Both the position numbers and the translations under genes were made by a program. A DNA stretch of 64,000 bases from Candidatus Poribacteria bacterium. GTDB lineage: Bacteria; Poribacteria; WGA-4E; WGA-3G. Where the stretch lies: contig OZ219753.1 of NCBI GenBank assembly GCA_964291315.2, positions 2,048,001 to 2,112,000 on the forward strand, read 5' to 3'. Below the pieces are notes generated by a model. It made no database searches. It saw only the letters and a list, made by a program, of their open reading frames with translations, and was not told where the DNA came from. Within the stretch, counting starts at the first letter, position 1, and each line of letters opens with the position of its first letter. Positions 28,160 to 37,526 of this stretch are shown here, one piece after another.

Positions 28160-28487
28160 ATGACAGCAGTTAGCAGTTAGTTATGCTGCGAACGGGTATG
28201 GTCTCTATGATATGGCGGGGAATGTCTATGAATGGTGCTTAGATGTGTATGACATAGAGTTCTATGCCAGTTCTCCTACCCGGAATCCGTTGTCGGGTGC
28301 GCCTAGTCTTCAGTGGTTATTAGATAACTGCACAACGACTGACAATCCCCGCGTCTTGCGTGGCGGCTCCTGGCTCAATAGGGCACAAGGCGTGCGGGTC
28401 GCCAACCGCAGCTTCAGCGACGGTTCGCCTCCGGCGCGCGTACACTTCCTCACTGGGTTTCGTTGTGCAAGGTCAGTTTCTCCTTGA
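28160..28487 (+). pseudogene. 5'-truncated FGE-sulfatase (C-type lectin fold) cassette with DGR-VR-like 3' end
   Basis: YAANGYGLYDMAGNVYEWC.D, RVLRGGSW, R.ANR, GFRCAR; N-terminal part missing; apparent 4-nt duplication near 28175-28181 breaks the frame. Confidence 0.75.
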
Positions 28488-28630
28488 GGCTTTATGGCTT
28501 GTGCTTTTTATCCGGAGATAAATCGATGAAAAACACTGAAGATACAAACAAGGGCGTGATAGCGGTAGGCAATTCGCAGCTATCCAAGCTTTGTGTTCAA
28601 CCTTTGCAAAAGCGGGTTAGGGCTTATAAA

Positions 28631-28668
28631 AAAAAAGTATGGGACGTATCGGTATTCCATACTTTTTT
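28631..28668. terminator. Bidirectional intrinsic terminator between convergent units
   Basis: AAAAAAGTATGG...CCATACTTTTTT inverted repeat with A and T tails. Confidence 0.65.
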
Positions 28669-28816
28669 CATCTTCATCAAATTTCACCAGCTATAGTTAT
28701 CGGTTGGAATTACTGGCCATGAGTGCCTCTCTATAGGCCGCGATAGCGAGCTTATTTTTTCTCTTTAGCTGTAGCCAACCAAATTTACTGAGTTTAATCG
28801 AGGATAGCATGTGAAA

Positions 28817-30547
28817 TTAGCAAGCGCCGCACTTTTTACAGACGGTTGTGTCACAAGCGCTGGTCATAAACCCTTTTTCCTGCTTGTGGAATTCAAGTTG
28901 TAAAAACTGAGGTTTGACGTTGAGGTCGAGGTGATCCCATGGGTTGACCTCATGTAGCGGACGTTCACGTGTGGCGTAAAAATGAGGTAACAATTCGTAT
29001 TTACGAAAGGCTTGATTCCATGATGTCCCGCGTGCTAGTTCCAATATAACCTTTCCTAGTCGTCGATCACCGCGGGCAAAAACGGCTTCTTGGTGTGCGA
29101 GTCTTGCGCTCGCGGATCCGACTTTTATGCTACCGAGGCGGTTAATTTCGCGTTTCAAAAATTCAAGTTTTCGGGCAATGGTTTTGGGTGGTTCCATCGC
29201 GACCCACTGGAAAGGCGTATGCGGCTTCGGCACCATGGGAGAAATGGTAAAGCTAATACGTGCCATCCTACCTGTCCGTTTTGCGTGCGGCAGCAATATG
29301 GTTCGCATCTCCTTTGCCATATCAACAATTGCCTCGACATCCGCCGGGGTTTCGTTGGGAACGCCGATAAGAAAGTATAGACGGAGGTTGAGAATATCCC
29401 GTTTTAACGCTTCCTCAAAGACATAGTAAAGGCGCTCGCGTGGAATGGCTTTATTGACCACCTTTTGAAGTTCTTCGGTTGCGACTTCTGGGGCGATTGT
29501 GATTGTCCCTTGTTCGCTGTCGGCAAGTGCATCAAGTAAAGGCATGCGGACAGTTTCAGCGCGGAGAGAAGCACAAGAGATACGGAACCCGCGTGCTACG
29601 AGCCCTGAAGCGATGTCGTCGATTCGCGGGTGGTCAGAGATAGAGGCACCGACGAGTCCTATTCTGTCAGTAATGCCTCGTGCCCGTTCCGCGAGGTCGA
29701 GGGTATTTTCCACAGATCGGTGTCGTGGCCATCGGCGCGCGTAATCGGCGACACAGAAACGGCATTGTCTGCCGCATCCGCGCACGATTTCAATAAGATG
29801 AGCGTTTGAAAATTCTGTATTCGGCGTATGAATATGTGTGCAGGTTTCAACGTCGTCGAGTGTCGGAATAGCCCCAGCGCGGATCTGGGGGGATACCCCG
29901 GGTTTTGGACGGACTGCGTCAATAGTACCGTCACTTTGATACGTCACATCATAGAAACTGGGCACATAGAGACCTGGAACAGTTGAGAGTGTTTCAAGTA
30001 ATTCGCTTTTGGCGTTTCCACGTTGCTTCCATTGATAAAAACGCGCCATGAGTTGATGAACGACAAGTTCGGCTTCTCCGACAACAAAGACATCAATAAA
30101 ATCAGCAATAGGCTCAGGGTTGTAAGAGATATTGATGCCCCCGGCAATGACGAGGGGATCCCATTCTGTGCGGTCTTCGGCAAGTGGTGGAACGTTTGCT
30201 AGCTCTAATGTACGCGGAATATTTACATAATCCGACTCGAAAGAGACCGAGAACCCGATGATATCAAAGCGACTCAGCGGCGTTTGCGTTTCGAAGGAAA
30301 ATAGAGGAGTTTTTTGGGTAACAAGTTGGTGAAGATAATGTGGTTCAGGCAGAAAGACTCGCTCACAAGCGGTATCCGATCGATTGTTAAGCGTAGCATA
30401 GATAACCTGAACACCGAGGCTAGACATTCCAAGTTCATAAGTGCTAGGATAGACGAGCGCAAATTTGTTCGGTTTTCCGAAGTTATTACAGTCTCCGTGT
30501 TCGTTGTCGCGGAGGTTTTGATAGTGCTGTCGTAAGTTCACTGTCAT
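28817..30547 (-). CDS. Radical SAM protein with B12-binding-like N-terminus (TIGR03960-like)
   Basis: YP..Y..GMS.LG, ERVFLP, GCGRQCRFC (CxxxCxxC), PKPHTPFQW, RGDRR, C-terminal C....C..CG.C. Confidence 0.85.
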   Translation of the reverse strand: MTVNLRQHYQNLRDNEHGDCNNFGKPNKFALVYPSTYELGMSSLGVQVIYATLNNRSDTACERVFLPEPHYLHQLVTQKTPLFSFETQTPLSRFDIIGFSVSFESDYVNIPRTLELANVPPLAEDRTEWDPLVIAGGINISYNPEPIADFIDVFVVGEAELVVHQLMARFYQWKQRGNAKSELLETLSTVPGLYVPSFYDVTYQSDGTIDAVRPKPGVSPQIRAGAIPTLDDVETCTHIHTPNTEFSNAHLIEIVRGCGRQCRFCVADYARRWPRHRSVENTLDLAERARGITDRIGLVGASISDHPRIDDIASGLVARGFRISCASLRAETVRMPLLDALADSEQGTITIAPEVATEELQKVVNKAIPRERLYYVFEEALKRDILNLRLYFLIGVPNETPADVEAIVDMAKEMRTILLPHAKRTGRMARISFTISPMVPKPHTPFQWVAMEPPKTIARKLEFLKREINRLGSIKVGSASARLAHQEAVFARGDRRLGKVILELARGTSWNQAFRKYELLPHFYATRERPLHEVNPWDHLDLNVKPQFLQLEFHKQEKGFMTSACDTTVCKKCGAC

Positions 30548-30615
30548 CCTCGTACATAGCAGTTTGGCGTGAAAGGTGCGTCAATAAGTAAAAATAGTGC
30601 AAGTTTGGCTATCGA

Positions 30616-30652
30616 GTAGCCTCGATATTGAGGTCGAGGCTACAAGAAAAGC
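30616..30652. repeat. GTAG...CTAC REP-like perfect palindrome downstream of ftsZ
   Basis: GTAGCCTCGA-N8-TCGAGGCTAC followed by AAGAAAAGC. Confidence 0.5.
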
Positions 30653-30685
30653 GCCATTGATAGGAGAAGAATACAGAGGCAGCGG

Positions 30686-31978
30686 CTATCTGTTATTTTG
30701 TCCTCTTTTTTGAACTCGGAGGAATGCCGGGATTTCCCAATCTGTACTACTGCGCCGCTGTGTGTTTTCTTTTCCGCGTTCCGACCTGGTTTGCCTTGTT
30801 TGAGGGGGTTGTTCCTCTTGTTCGATAGGGGCTTCGAGGTCGCGCCTCCGAACTGGGCCAACCGGTCTACTTGGTAGCCGTCTACTAGTGCCCTGTCTGG
30901 TCCTACTGGGATGTTGCTTGGCACCTTCGGGGCCGGATTGTCTTTGGTAACCGTCGACGCGGTCATAACGTGCGTTATATTCTCTATTTGGTCCATCGAA
31001 AACCCCGTCTTCATCAGCATCGAAACCTGTTGCGATAACAGTTATCAAGACTTCGTCCCCGAGTTCCAATTCATCTTTGTAAACAAGTCCGAAGATGATT
31101 TGTGCATCGGTCGCGGTATCGTTAATGACCTGCATCGCTTCATTAAGTTCTTCCATCATGAAATCGGCGGAGGCGGTAATGTTGACGATCATCCCGATGG
31201 CGCCGGCGATGTTTGTGCGCTCAAGAAGCGGGGAACTAATAGCTTGTTCTGCGGCAATTTTTGCGCGATTATCGCCTGTAGCTCGGCCCATGCCCATCAG
31301 TGCTCCGCCTGCGTCTCGCATGATGGATTCAACGTCAGCGAAGTCGACATTAATTTCGCCGGCTTCGGTAATGATATCAGAGATACTCTGAACGCCATGA
31401 AGGAGAATCTGGTCGCCGATGCGAAAGGCGTCTCGGATTGGCAATTTTTTGTCCATTGTATCAATAAGACGTTGGTTTGGTACGACAATTACGGAGTCGG
31501 CTGCTACCCGTAATTCTTCAATTCCAGCTTCGGCTTGCTTGGAACGGCGTTGTCCTTCGAAGTTAAAAGGTCTGGTTACAACGCCGATCGTTAGTGCGCC
31601 TCGCTCGCGTGCAAGTGAAGCGATGAGAGGTGCTGCGCCGGTTCCGGTACCCCCGCCCATACCGGCGGTGATGAAGACCATGTTGGCGTTTTCAACGATA
31701 GTTTGCAAATGCTCTCTGTCTTCCTCGGCGGCTCTTTTACCGATATCCGGGTTTGCCCCGGAGCCTAGGCCCTCGGTTGTGTTAATACCGATCTGGATTT
31801 GGGTAGCCCCGCGGCAGGTTAGGAGCGCTTGTTGGTCCGTATTAACGGCATAGAATTCTATGCCGGTAAGGCCTGCCTCAATCATCCGTTTAACGGCGTT
31901 TCCTCCGGCTCCACCGACACCAATGACCTTGATTTTGGCACGTAAATTTTCAAATTCTTCTTGTTCAAATTCTATCAT
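30686..31978 (-). CDS. ftsZ: Cell division protein FtsZ
   Basis: GVGGAGGNAV, GGGTGTG, NVDFADV, C-terminal EIPAFLR. Confidence 0.98.
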   Translation of the reverse strand: MIEFEQEEFENLRAKIKVIGVGGAGGNAVKRMIEAGLTGIEFYAVNTDQQALLTCRGATQIQIGINTTEGLGSGANPDIGKRAAEEDREHLQTIVENANMVFITAGMGGGTGTGAAPLIASLARERGALTIGVVTRPFNFEGQRRSKQAEAGIEELRVAADSVIVVPNQRLIDTMDKKLPIRDAFRIGDQILLHGVQSISDIITEAGEINVDFADVESIMRDAGGALMGMGRATGDNRAKIAAEQAISSPLLERTNIAGAIGMIVNITASADFMMEELNEAMQVINDTATDAQIIFGLVYKDELELGDEVLITVIATGFDADEDGVFDGPNREYNARYDRVDGYQRQSGPEGAKQHPSRTRQGTSRRLPSRPVGPVRRRDLEAPIEQEEQPPQTRQTRSERGKENTQRRSSTDWEIPAFLRVQKRGQNNR

Positions 31979-32099
31979 GTTGGATTTCAGTCACTACACT
32001 ATAAAAGCCCCAGTAACCTAATTCCTCCTATCGTTGGAACCTCAATTTCTAGACTAAGGTTTCGTAATAACATTCATTGGATTCGCTTTTCTATGTTAA

Positions 32100-32128
32100 A
32101 TTATACGCTATTAGACGATTTAAGTCAA
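32100..32128 (-). promoter_or_regulatory. Internal sigma70 promoter for ftsZ
   Basis: Minus strand TTGACT-N17-TATAAT. Confidence 0.65.
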
Positions 32129-32285
32129 GTATCCAATAAGTTCAGTCCGGACCATCTATTTTAATTGCGAAGTTTCGAACAGAAAGATAGCTCTTTCAGC
32201 AAGATGTCGGGGTTTGGAGTTGGAGTTGAACCAAATAATTCTACAAATTGAGTGTAGATGAAAATCAGTTCATGAAACAAGGGGT

Positions 32286-33509
32286 TTAATATCCTAGCCA
32301 CCTCTTGACTTGTTGCAGGAGAGTTGTGAGCGTATTACCGCGTTGGTGCAAGTGGTTTTCGTGTGCTTGCTGTCTTAAGCTCTCCCCGTAAAGGGCAAGT
32401 CCTATGCCAGCTGCATACATCGGATGGTTCACGCGGTCGGTTAACCCTTGTATCCCCTTGGGGTATCCGATTTGTACGCGGAGTTGAAGCATAGCTTCAG
32501 CGAGTTCTTGAAGTCCATCAATCAGAGCTGTTCCGCCCGTAAAAACAAGTCCGCCGGGTAAGGGTGTATCTCCCAATTCGTATCCGATGGTTTCAAGGAT
32601 TTCGGCCATACGGTATTCGATAATTTGGGCGAGTTCATAGCGATCGATGAAACGCGGTTTGGCCCCTGTAGCTACTGGAATTGGTTGGTCATCGTCCATG
32701 GTGACCAATTCTGTCCATGCGCATCCGCGATTATTTTTCAGTTCTTCTGCTTCTGGGAGGGTGACTTTTAAGTATTGCGCGATGTCATTAGTGATATGCT
32801 GCCCTCCCACAGGAATTATAGCTGTATGTTGAATAGCATCTTCTTTATAGAAGATGATTTCAGTTGTTCCGTCACCGATGTCAACGAGTGCAATCCCGAC
32901 CTCACGTTCATCTCTTGAAAGGACAGCTTGAGATGCAGCAAGAGGCGCTGCGACGAGTGTTTCGACGATCGGTACCCCCGCCTTTTCGATACTATTGAGC
33001 AAGTTCTGAATAGCCGTTGTTCCACCTGTGATGATATAAGCATAGGCCTCAAGGCGTGCCCCGGACATACCGACAGGTTCTCTGATCCGTTTCTGTTTGT
33101 CAACAGCGAAACTTTGTTGAATGACATGTAGATTTTCACGGTCGGATGGAACCGAGATCGCTTTCGCTGCGACCATCGCTCGGTCGACATCCTCATGTGA
33201 GATTTCAGTGTTGGCCACAGAGACGACTCCATGGGAGGTTTGACCGATGATGTGCTCGCCAGAGATTCCGACGCATACAGAGTCTATTTTGACACCTGCC
33301 ATCAATTCTGCACTAGAGATAGCTTTGCGGATCGCTTCGGCTGTCTGATTGATGTCAACAACAACCCCGCCGCGCAGGCCTTTAGAAGGAGCGTGGCCAA
33401 CGCCGACAATTCCTATTTTTTCGGCACTCCCATGTAGTGTATTTCCAACGATTACTGAGATTTTGCTTGAGCCGATATCAAGTCCTGCTATAACGTTCTG
33501 TTTAGGCAT
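32286..33509 (-). CDS. ftsA: Cell division protein FtsA
   Basis: GLDIGSSKI, PVGMSG.RLE, VDIGDGTT, GG.HITNDI, VFTGG, C-terminal amphipathic helix. Confidence 0.95.
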   Translation of the reverse strand: MPKQNVIAGLDIGSSKISVIVGNTLHGSAEKIGIVGVGHAPSKGLRGGVVVDINQTAEAIRKAISSAELMAGVKIDSVCVGISGEHIIGQTSHGVVSVANTEISHEDVDRAMVAAKAISVPSDRENLHVIQQSFAVDKQKRIREPVGMSGARLEAYAYIITGGTTAIQNLLNSIEKAGVPIVETLVAAPLAASQAVLSRDEREVGIALVDIGDGTTEIIFYKEDAIQHTAIIPVGGQHITNDIAQYLKVTLPEAEELKNNRGCAWTELVTMDDDQPIPVATGAKPRFIDRYELAQIIEYRMAEILETIGYELGDTPLPGGLVFTGGTALIDGLQELAEAMLQLRVQIGYPKGIQGLTDRVNHPMYAAGIGLALYGESLRQQAHENHLHQRGNTLTTLLQQVKRWLGY

Positions 33510-33662
33510 ATAAATTTCACCTCCTTTTCCATGTTCTGAAGAAGTTCAGCACTCCTATAGTCCGAGAGAGATGCTTAATTAAATAGGTCATCTCATAAAG
33601 TACTATGATAAGTAAAAGATAAAGCTTTGTACGCTGCACGATTCAGCATTCATGAAATGGAT

Positions 33663-34676
33663 CTACTTCGCTTCAGCATAACCGCCCAAATAGATTGAAT
33701 CTTCAAATCTTGCGTCGAGATAGGGCTGTGTAACATTTGGAGACACCTTGAGAAGTTCAGACATGTGCACCTTGTGCTGTTTTAGAAGTAGTGTAACATG
33801 ATGAAGCCCAGTCTCAATTGCGTCTCCGGCAATCCAGACTGGCAGCGGCAGTGCTTGGATCTGTATTTTAACTTGCTTCGAACGGCTAGCATCAATGGTT
33901 TCTATTTGCGTTGCGAATCTAGGTTGCTGAAGAGAAGCAATTTTCAAGATTTCCACGGCTAAGGGAACTTCAGAGATTTGAACGCTAGCACCAACTTTTG
34001 GAGGTCTATCACCTGCTGCAAAAATCACAGCCATTTTTCGGAACCGCTGATCTACGGGTAGCCCGGTTTCTCCAACATCTATCGCCTCCAAAACATGGGC
34101 CTCAACATCGAGCAAGAATAATGAACATTCTTGATCAGCAACTGTGCCGGGAACAGGTGGATTTTTGAAACCGTTATAGAACTTAAGCAAGACAAAAGGT
34201 TCACGTTCAGTAATTTCAATAGTGAGTAAACGTTTCATTACACGCTTGGAAACGCTCACTTCTTTAATGTAACTCAGGTTCTCTTTGAGATAAGTTTCTG
34301 TCTGTTTTTCAGAATCTGTAACGATATTGTCTAGCTGTTCAGCTAATATATCATAGATTTGTACTTCTGTATAATGAAGATTGCCAGATAATTGAAAAGA
34401 AATATGTTCAGCGTCAAAAAAGCTGAGCACGATTTTCGCTGCAAAAGCTAAGGTAAGTCCAATAGCGAAAACGAGAATTACCCTTCGGCCCCTATATATC
34501 TTAGCGTTCGGATGCTTCCCAAGTCGCCTTGCAGGCATTGAAGTTTCCCGCATATATGCTTTACGTTTTTTGCGTCGGGAAAAGCCGCCTCGTGTGCTGT
34601 TGGTTGTAGCGGTCCGTTCTCGCCTCGATGTTAATGGAATGTACCTCTGAACAGTTTTCATTTTTCCGGTGCACAA
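33663..34676 (-). CDS. ftsQ: Cell division protein FtsQ/DivIB
   Basis: Basic cytoplasmic tail, one TM helix, POTRA-like GN.H..E, I.ITERE, YLDARF; position between murC and ftsA; start uncertain. Confidence 0.75.
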   Translation of the reverse strand: MCTGKMKTVQRYIPLTSRRERTATTNSTRGGFSRRKKRKAYMRETSMPARRLGKHPNAKIYRGRRVILVFAIGLTLAFAAKIVLSFFDAEHISFQLSGNLHYTEVQIYDILAEQLDNIVTDSEKQTETYLKENLSYIKEVSVSKRVMKRLLTIEITEREPFVLLKFYNGFKNPPVPGTVADQECSLFLLDVEAHVLEAIDVGETGLPVDQRFRKMAVIFAAGDRPPKVGASVQISEVPLAVEILKIASLQQPRFATQIETIDASRSKQVKIQIQALPLPVWIAGDAIETGLHHVTLLLKQHKVHMSELLKVSPNVTQPYLDARFEDSIYLGGYAEAK

Positions 34677-34740
34677 TCATAGCGAATTGAAAATAAAAAG
34701 CGGAACTGTTAAAAAAGAAGATACAAAACAGAGGAAACGC

Positions 34741-36108
34741 TTAATTTTCCGCTCGAAGTCTTGTTAAGAATTCTTGTCCTACCTTGCTAATGTCGCCCGC
34801 CCCGAGGGTGATAACAATATCATTTGGATGGGTTATCTCCATGAGAACGTCGACAATTTCATCTGTGTTTGGAACATAGAGGACGTGTTGATGGCCGTGT
34901 GCTTGTATTGCTTGTGCTAATTTGTCTGCTGTGACATTTTCAATAGGAACTTCGCCAGCGCTATAGATTGAAGTAACAATGAGCACATCTGCCTGATAGA
35001 AAGATCGTGAAAATTCATCTGCCAAATCTCTAACGCGCTGGTAGCGATGAGGTTGGAAAACAGCAACGATACGCCGTTTATAACCGTCACGTGCCCCGCT
35101 AAGGGCTGCTTTTAATTTCGCCGGATTATGTGCGTAATCGTCAACAACGACAATATCATTCGCTTCGCCTAGTATTTCAAAGCGGCGGTGTACGCCGGAA
35201 AAGGACTCAAGACTTTCTCGAATTTTGTCAAAAGGGATATTGAATTCGAATCCGACTGCTGTGGCTGCTAAGGAATTCAAAATATTATGACGGCCGGGCA
35301 TTTTCAAATGGATTTCGCCGTGGAGCTTCCCGTTTTTAAGAACTCGATAGCGGGAAGTAGGTCCTTCGACAACAATTCCCTCGGCGATCAAATCTGCCGC
35401 GGTTTCAAGTCCGTAGGTAACATAGTGCTTCTCAATCCGTGGGAGGAACTTCTGAATATTCTCTGCATCCAAACAAAGGACTGCGGTGCCGTAAAAAGGC
35501 ACCTTATTGATGAATTTGAGAAAAGTTTCTCCAATTTCGGTAACGCTGTTATAATAATCGAGGTGATCCGCATCAACGGATGTAACAACTGCCACAGTTG
35601 GATCGAACATCTCAATGGAACCGTATGCTTCGTCGGCTTCGATTACCATGACATCGCCTTCACCACTTTGGGCATGGCTACCGTTCATGAGCTTGCCGCC
35701 GACCACGACTGTCGGGTCAAGGCTCTTAAGAACTGTGGCGGTCATTGCAGTCGTAGTTGTTTTCCCGTGTGTCCCACTGACAGCAACGCTATAATGCATC
35801 CTGGCAATTTCATTAAGCATCTCGGCTCCTCTAACAACAAGGATTTTTTGTGCTTGTGCGGCGCGGAGTTCTGAATTTTCAGCAGGAATAGCTGGCGAAA
35901 CAACGACGACATCTGCACCTTGGATCTGGGCTGCGGCATGTCCATAGAAGACAGTTGCCCCAATACCTTGCAGGTGCGCTGTTGTATCAGATTTCTTGAT
36001 ATCTGAACCTGTCACCTTAAACCCGAAGGCGAGCAAGATTTCAGCAATACCGCTTAATCCAGCGCCACCGATACCAATGATGTGAATATGTCGCGTCTTT
36101 CCAAACAT
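34741..36108 (-). CDS. murC: UDP-N-acetylmuramate--L-alanine ligase
   Basis: IGIGGAG.SG, GTHGKTTT, EADE, DHLDY, DDYAH.P, FQPHRY. Confidence 0.97.
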   Translation of the reverse strand: MFGKTRHIHIIGIGGAGLSGIAEILLAFGFKVTGSDIKKSDTTAHLQGIGATVFYGHAAAQIQGADVVVVSPAIPAENSELRAAQAQKILVVRGAEMLNEIARMHYSVAVSGTHGKTTTTAMTATVLKSLDPTVVVGGKLMNGSHAQSGEGDVMVIEADEAYGSIEMFDPTVAVVTSVDADHLDYYNSVTEIGETFLKFINKVPFYGTAVLCLDAENIQKFLPRIEKHYVTYGLETAADLIAEGIVVEGPTSRYRVLKNGKLHGEIHLKMPGRHNILNSLAATAVGFEFNIPFDKIRESLESFSGVHRRFEILGEANDIVVVDDYAHNPAKLKAALSGARDGYKRRIVAVFQPHRYQRVRDLADEFSRSFYQADVLIVTSIYSAGEVPIENVTADKLAQAIQAHGHQHVLYVPNTDEIVDVLMEITHPNDIVITLGAGDISKVGQEFLTRLRAEN

Positions 36109-36259
36109 ATTGTTTTTCCCTTACCCGAGACAACTAGAAACGGTTTTCCCAGCCGACAATCCGTATAGAAACTGTTTACCGAGTTTGATGCTTACAGTTT
36201 CCTTTATTTTTTAACCTATCGCGTGGCAAAAAATTAATCTTAAAGTAAATCAAAAACAG

Positions 36260-37462
36260 TCAAACAGATGAAAGAATAGATTTGGCAATGTGATCGCTGG
36301 CGTGTGGTTTACCGAGTGCCTGACTTGCAACTGCCATCTGTTCGCGTATATTTTCATCAAGTGTGATGTCTACAAGGTTTTGGACAAGGGACTCGATGGT
36401 AAACATGCCCTGCTCAAGCACCACGCCTCCGCCCTTTTTCGCGACAGCATGAGCGTTTGATACTTGGTCATTTCCTGTCTGCGAAGGCAAAGGTATGAAG
36501 ATTGTGGGGATACCACAAGCAGTAACCTCGGAGACCGTCATTCCGCCTGCCCTGCACACCATAACATCTGCTATACTATAAATTTCTTCAACAGTATCAA
36601 AGAAAGGTTGAACGCAATGTCGAAATCCGTGATGTGGTCCAAGCACTTCGCGGTAGGCCGTCTGAACAGTTTGTGCCTCAGCTGTCCCTGTCTGATGCAC
36701 GATTTGGAATTGATCATAAAATTTGAGCAAATGCGGAAGTGCATTCACAATTGCGTCGTTAATAGCTTGTGCACCCTGGCTCCCGCCCATCACAAAGATT
36801 GTTTTCCGATCTGGACACAACCCGAATTTCTGATAAGTTGCCTCAGACTTCGGGAATGTAGAGATTGCAGGACGGATTGGGTTCCCTGTTACCTCCACCG
36901 TCTCGGTGTGTCTGAAGGAATGATTATCATGAAGCGGTTCCATAGCTAGGTAAGCCGTTTTTGCCCATCGTGCCAAGACAGTGTTTGTTAAACCGGCCGA
37001 AGCGTTCTGTTCTTGGACCGCTATTGGAATCTTACACAGGAGCCCTGCTAAAAGCACGGGACCTGAGACATACCCGCCTGTTCCAATAACAATATCAGGC
37101 ATCAATTCCCTCATATAGCGTAAGGACTGTATGAGTCCACGAGAGGCTTTCCAAAGCACTGGGACCCATTGCCAAGTTAGATGTCGCGGAAAACCGGCAA
37201 CGGAGATAGACATAAACCGAAATCCGTGCTGTGGAATCAATTTTGACTCCAATCGATCTCTGCCACCAATGAACACAATATCCACAGTAGCATCCAAACG
37301 TTGCAATGCTTGAGCAATACCGATAGCAGGATAGATATGGCCGCCTGTCCCCCCGCCAGCTATAACCACCTTCTTGTGTGTTGTCGCCTTGCTAGGAGTC
37401 ATTCTATAGAGAATATCAGCATCTGATAAATTTGTATTGCCAAGTTTAGTATCCATCATCAT
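36260..37462 (-). CDS. murG: MurG glycosyltransferase
   Basis: GGGTGGHIYP, GGYVS, EQN, GNPIR, GGSQGA, RAGG. Confidence 0.97.
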   Translation of the reverse strand: MMMDTKLGNTNLSDADILYRMTPSKATTHKKVVIAGGGTGGHIYPAIGIAQALQRLDATVDIVFIGGRDRLESKLIPQHGFRFMSISVAGFPRHLTWQWVPVLWKASRGLIQSLRYMRELMPDIVIGTGGYVSGPVLLAGLLCKIPIAVQEQNASAGLTNTVLARWAKTAYLAMEPLHDNHSFRHTETVEVTGNPIRPAISTFPKSEATYQKFGLCPDRKTIFVMGGSQGAQAINDAIVNALPHLLKFYDQFQIVHQTGTAEAQTVQTAYREVLGPHHGFRHCVQPFFDTVEEIYSIADVMVCRAGGMTVSEVTACGIPTIFIPLPSQTGNDQVSNAHAVAKKGGGVVLEQGMFTIESLVQNLVDITLDENIREQMAVASQALGKPHASDHIAKSILSSV

Positions 37463-37526
37463 TAACTGTATGAGAATTTACCCAATTGTATGGTAGAGGA
37501 ACGTTGCGTGGAACTATAAGAGTACA

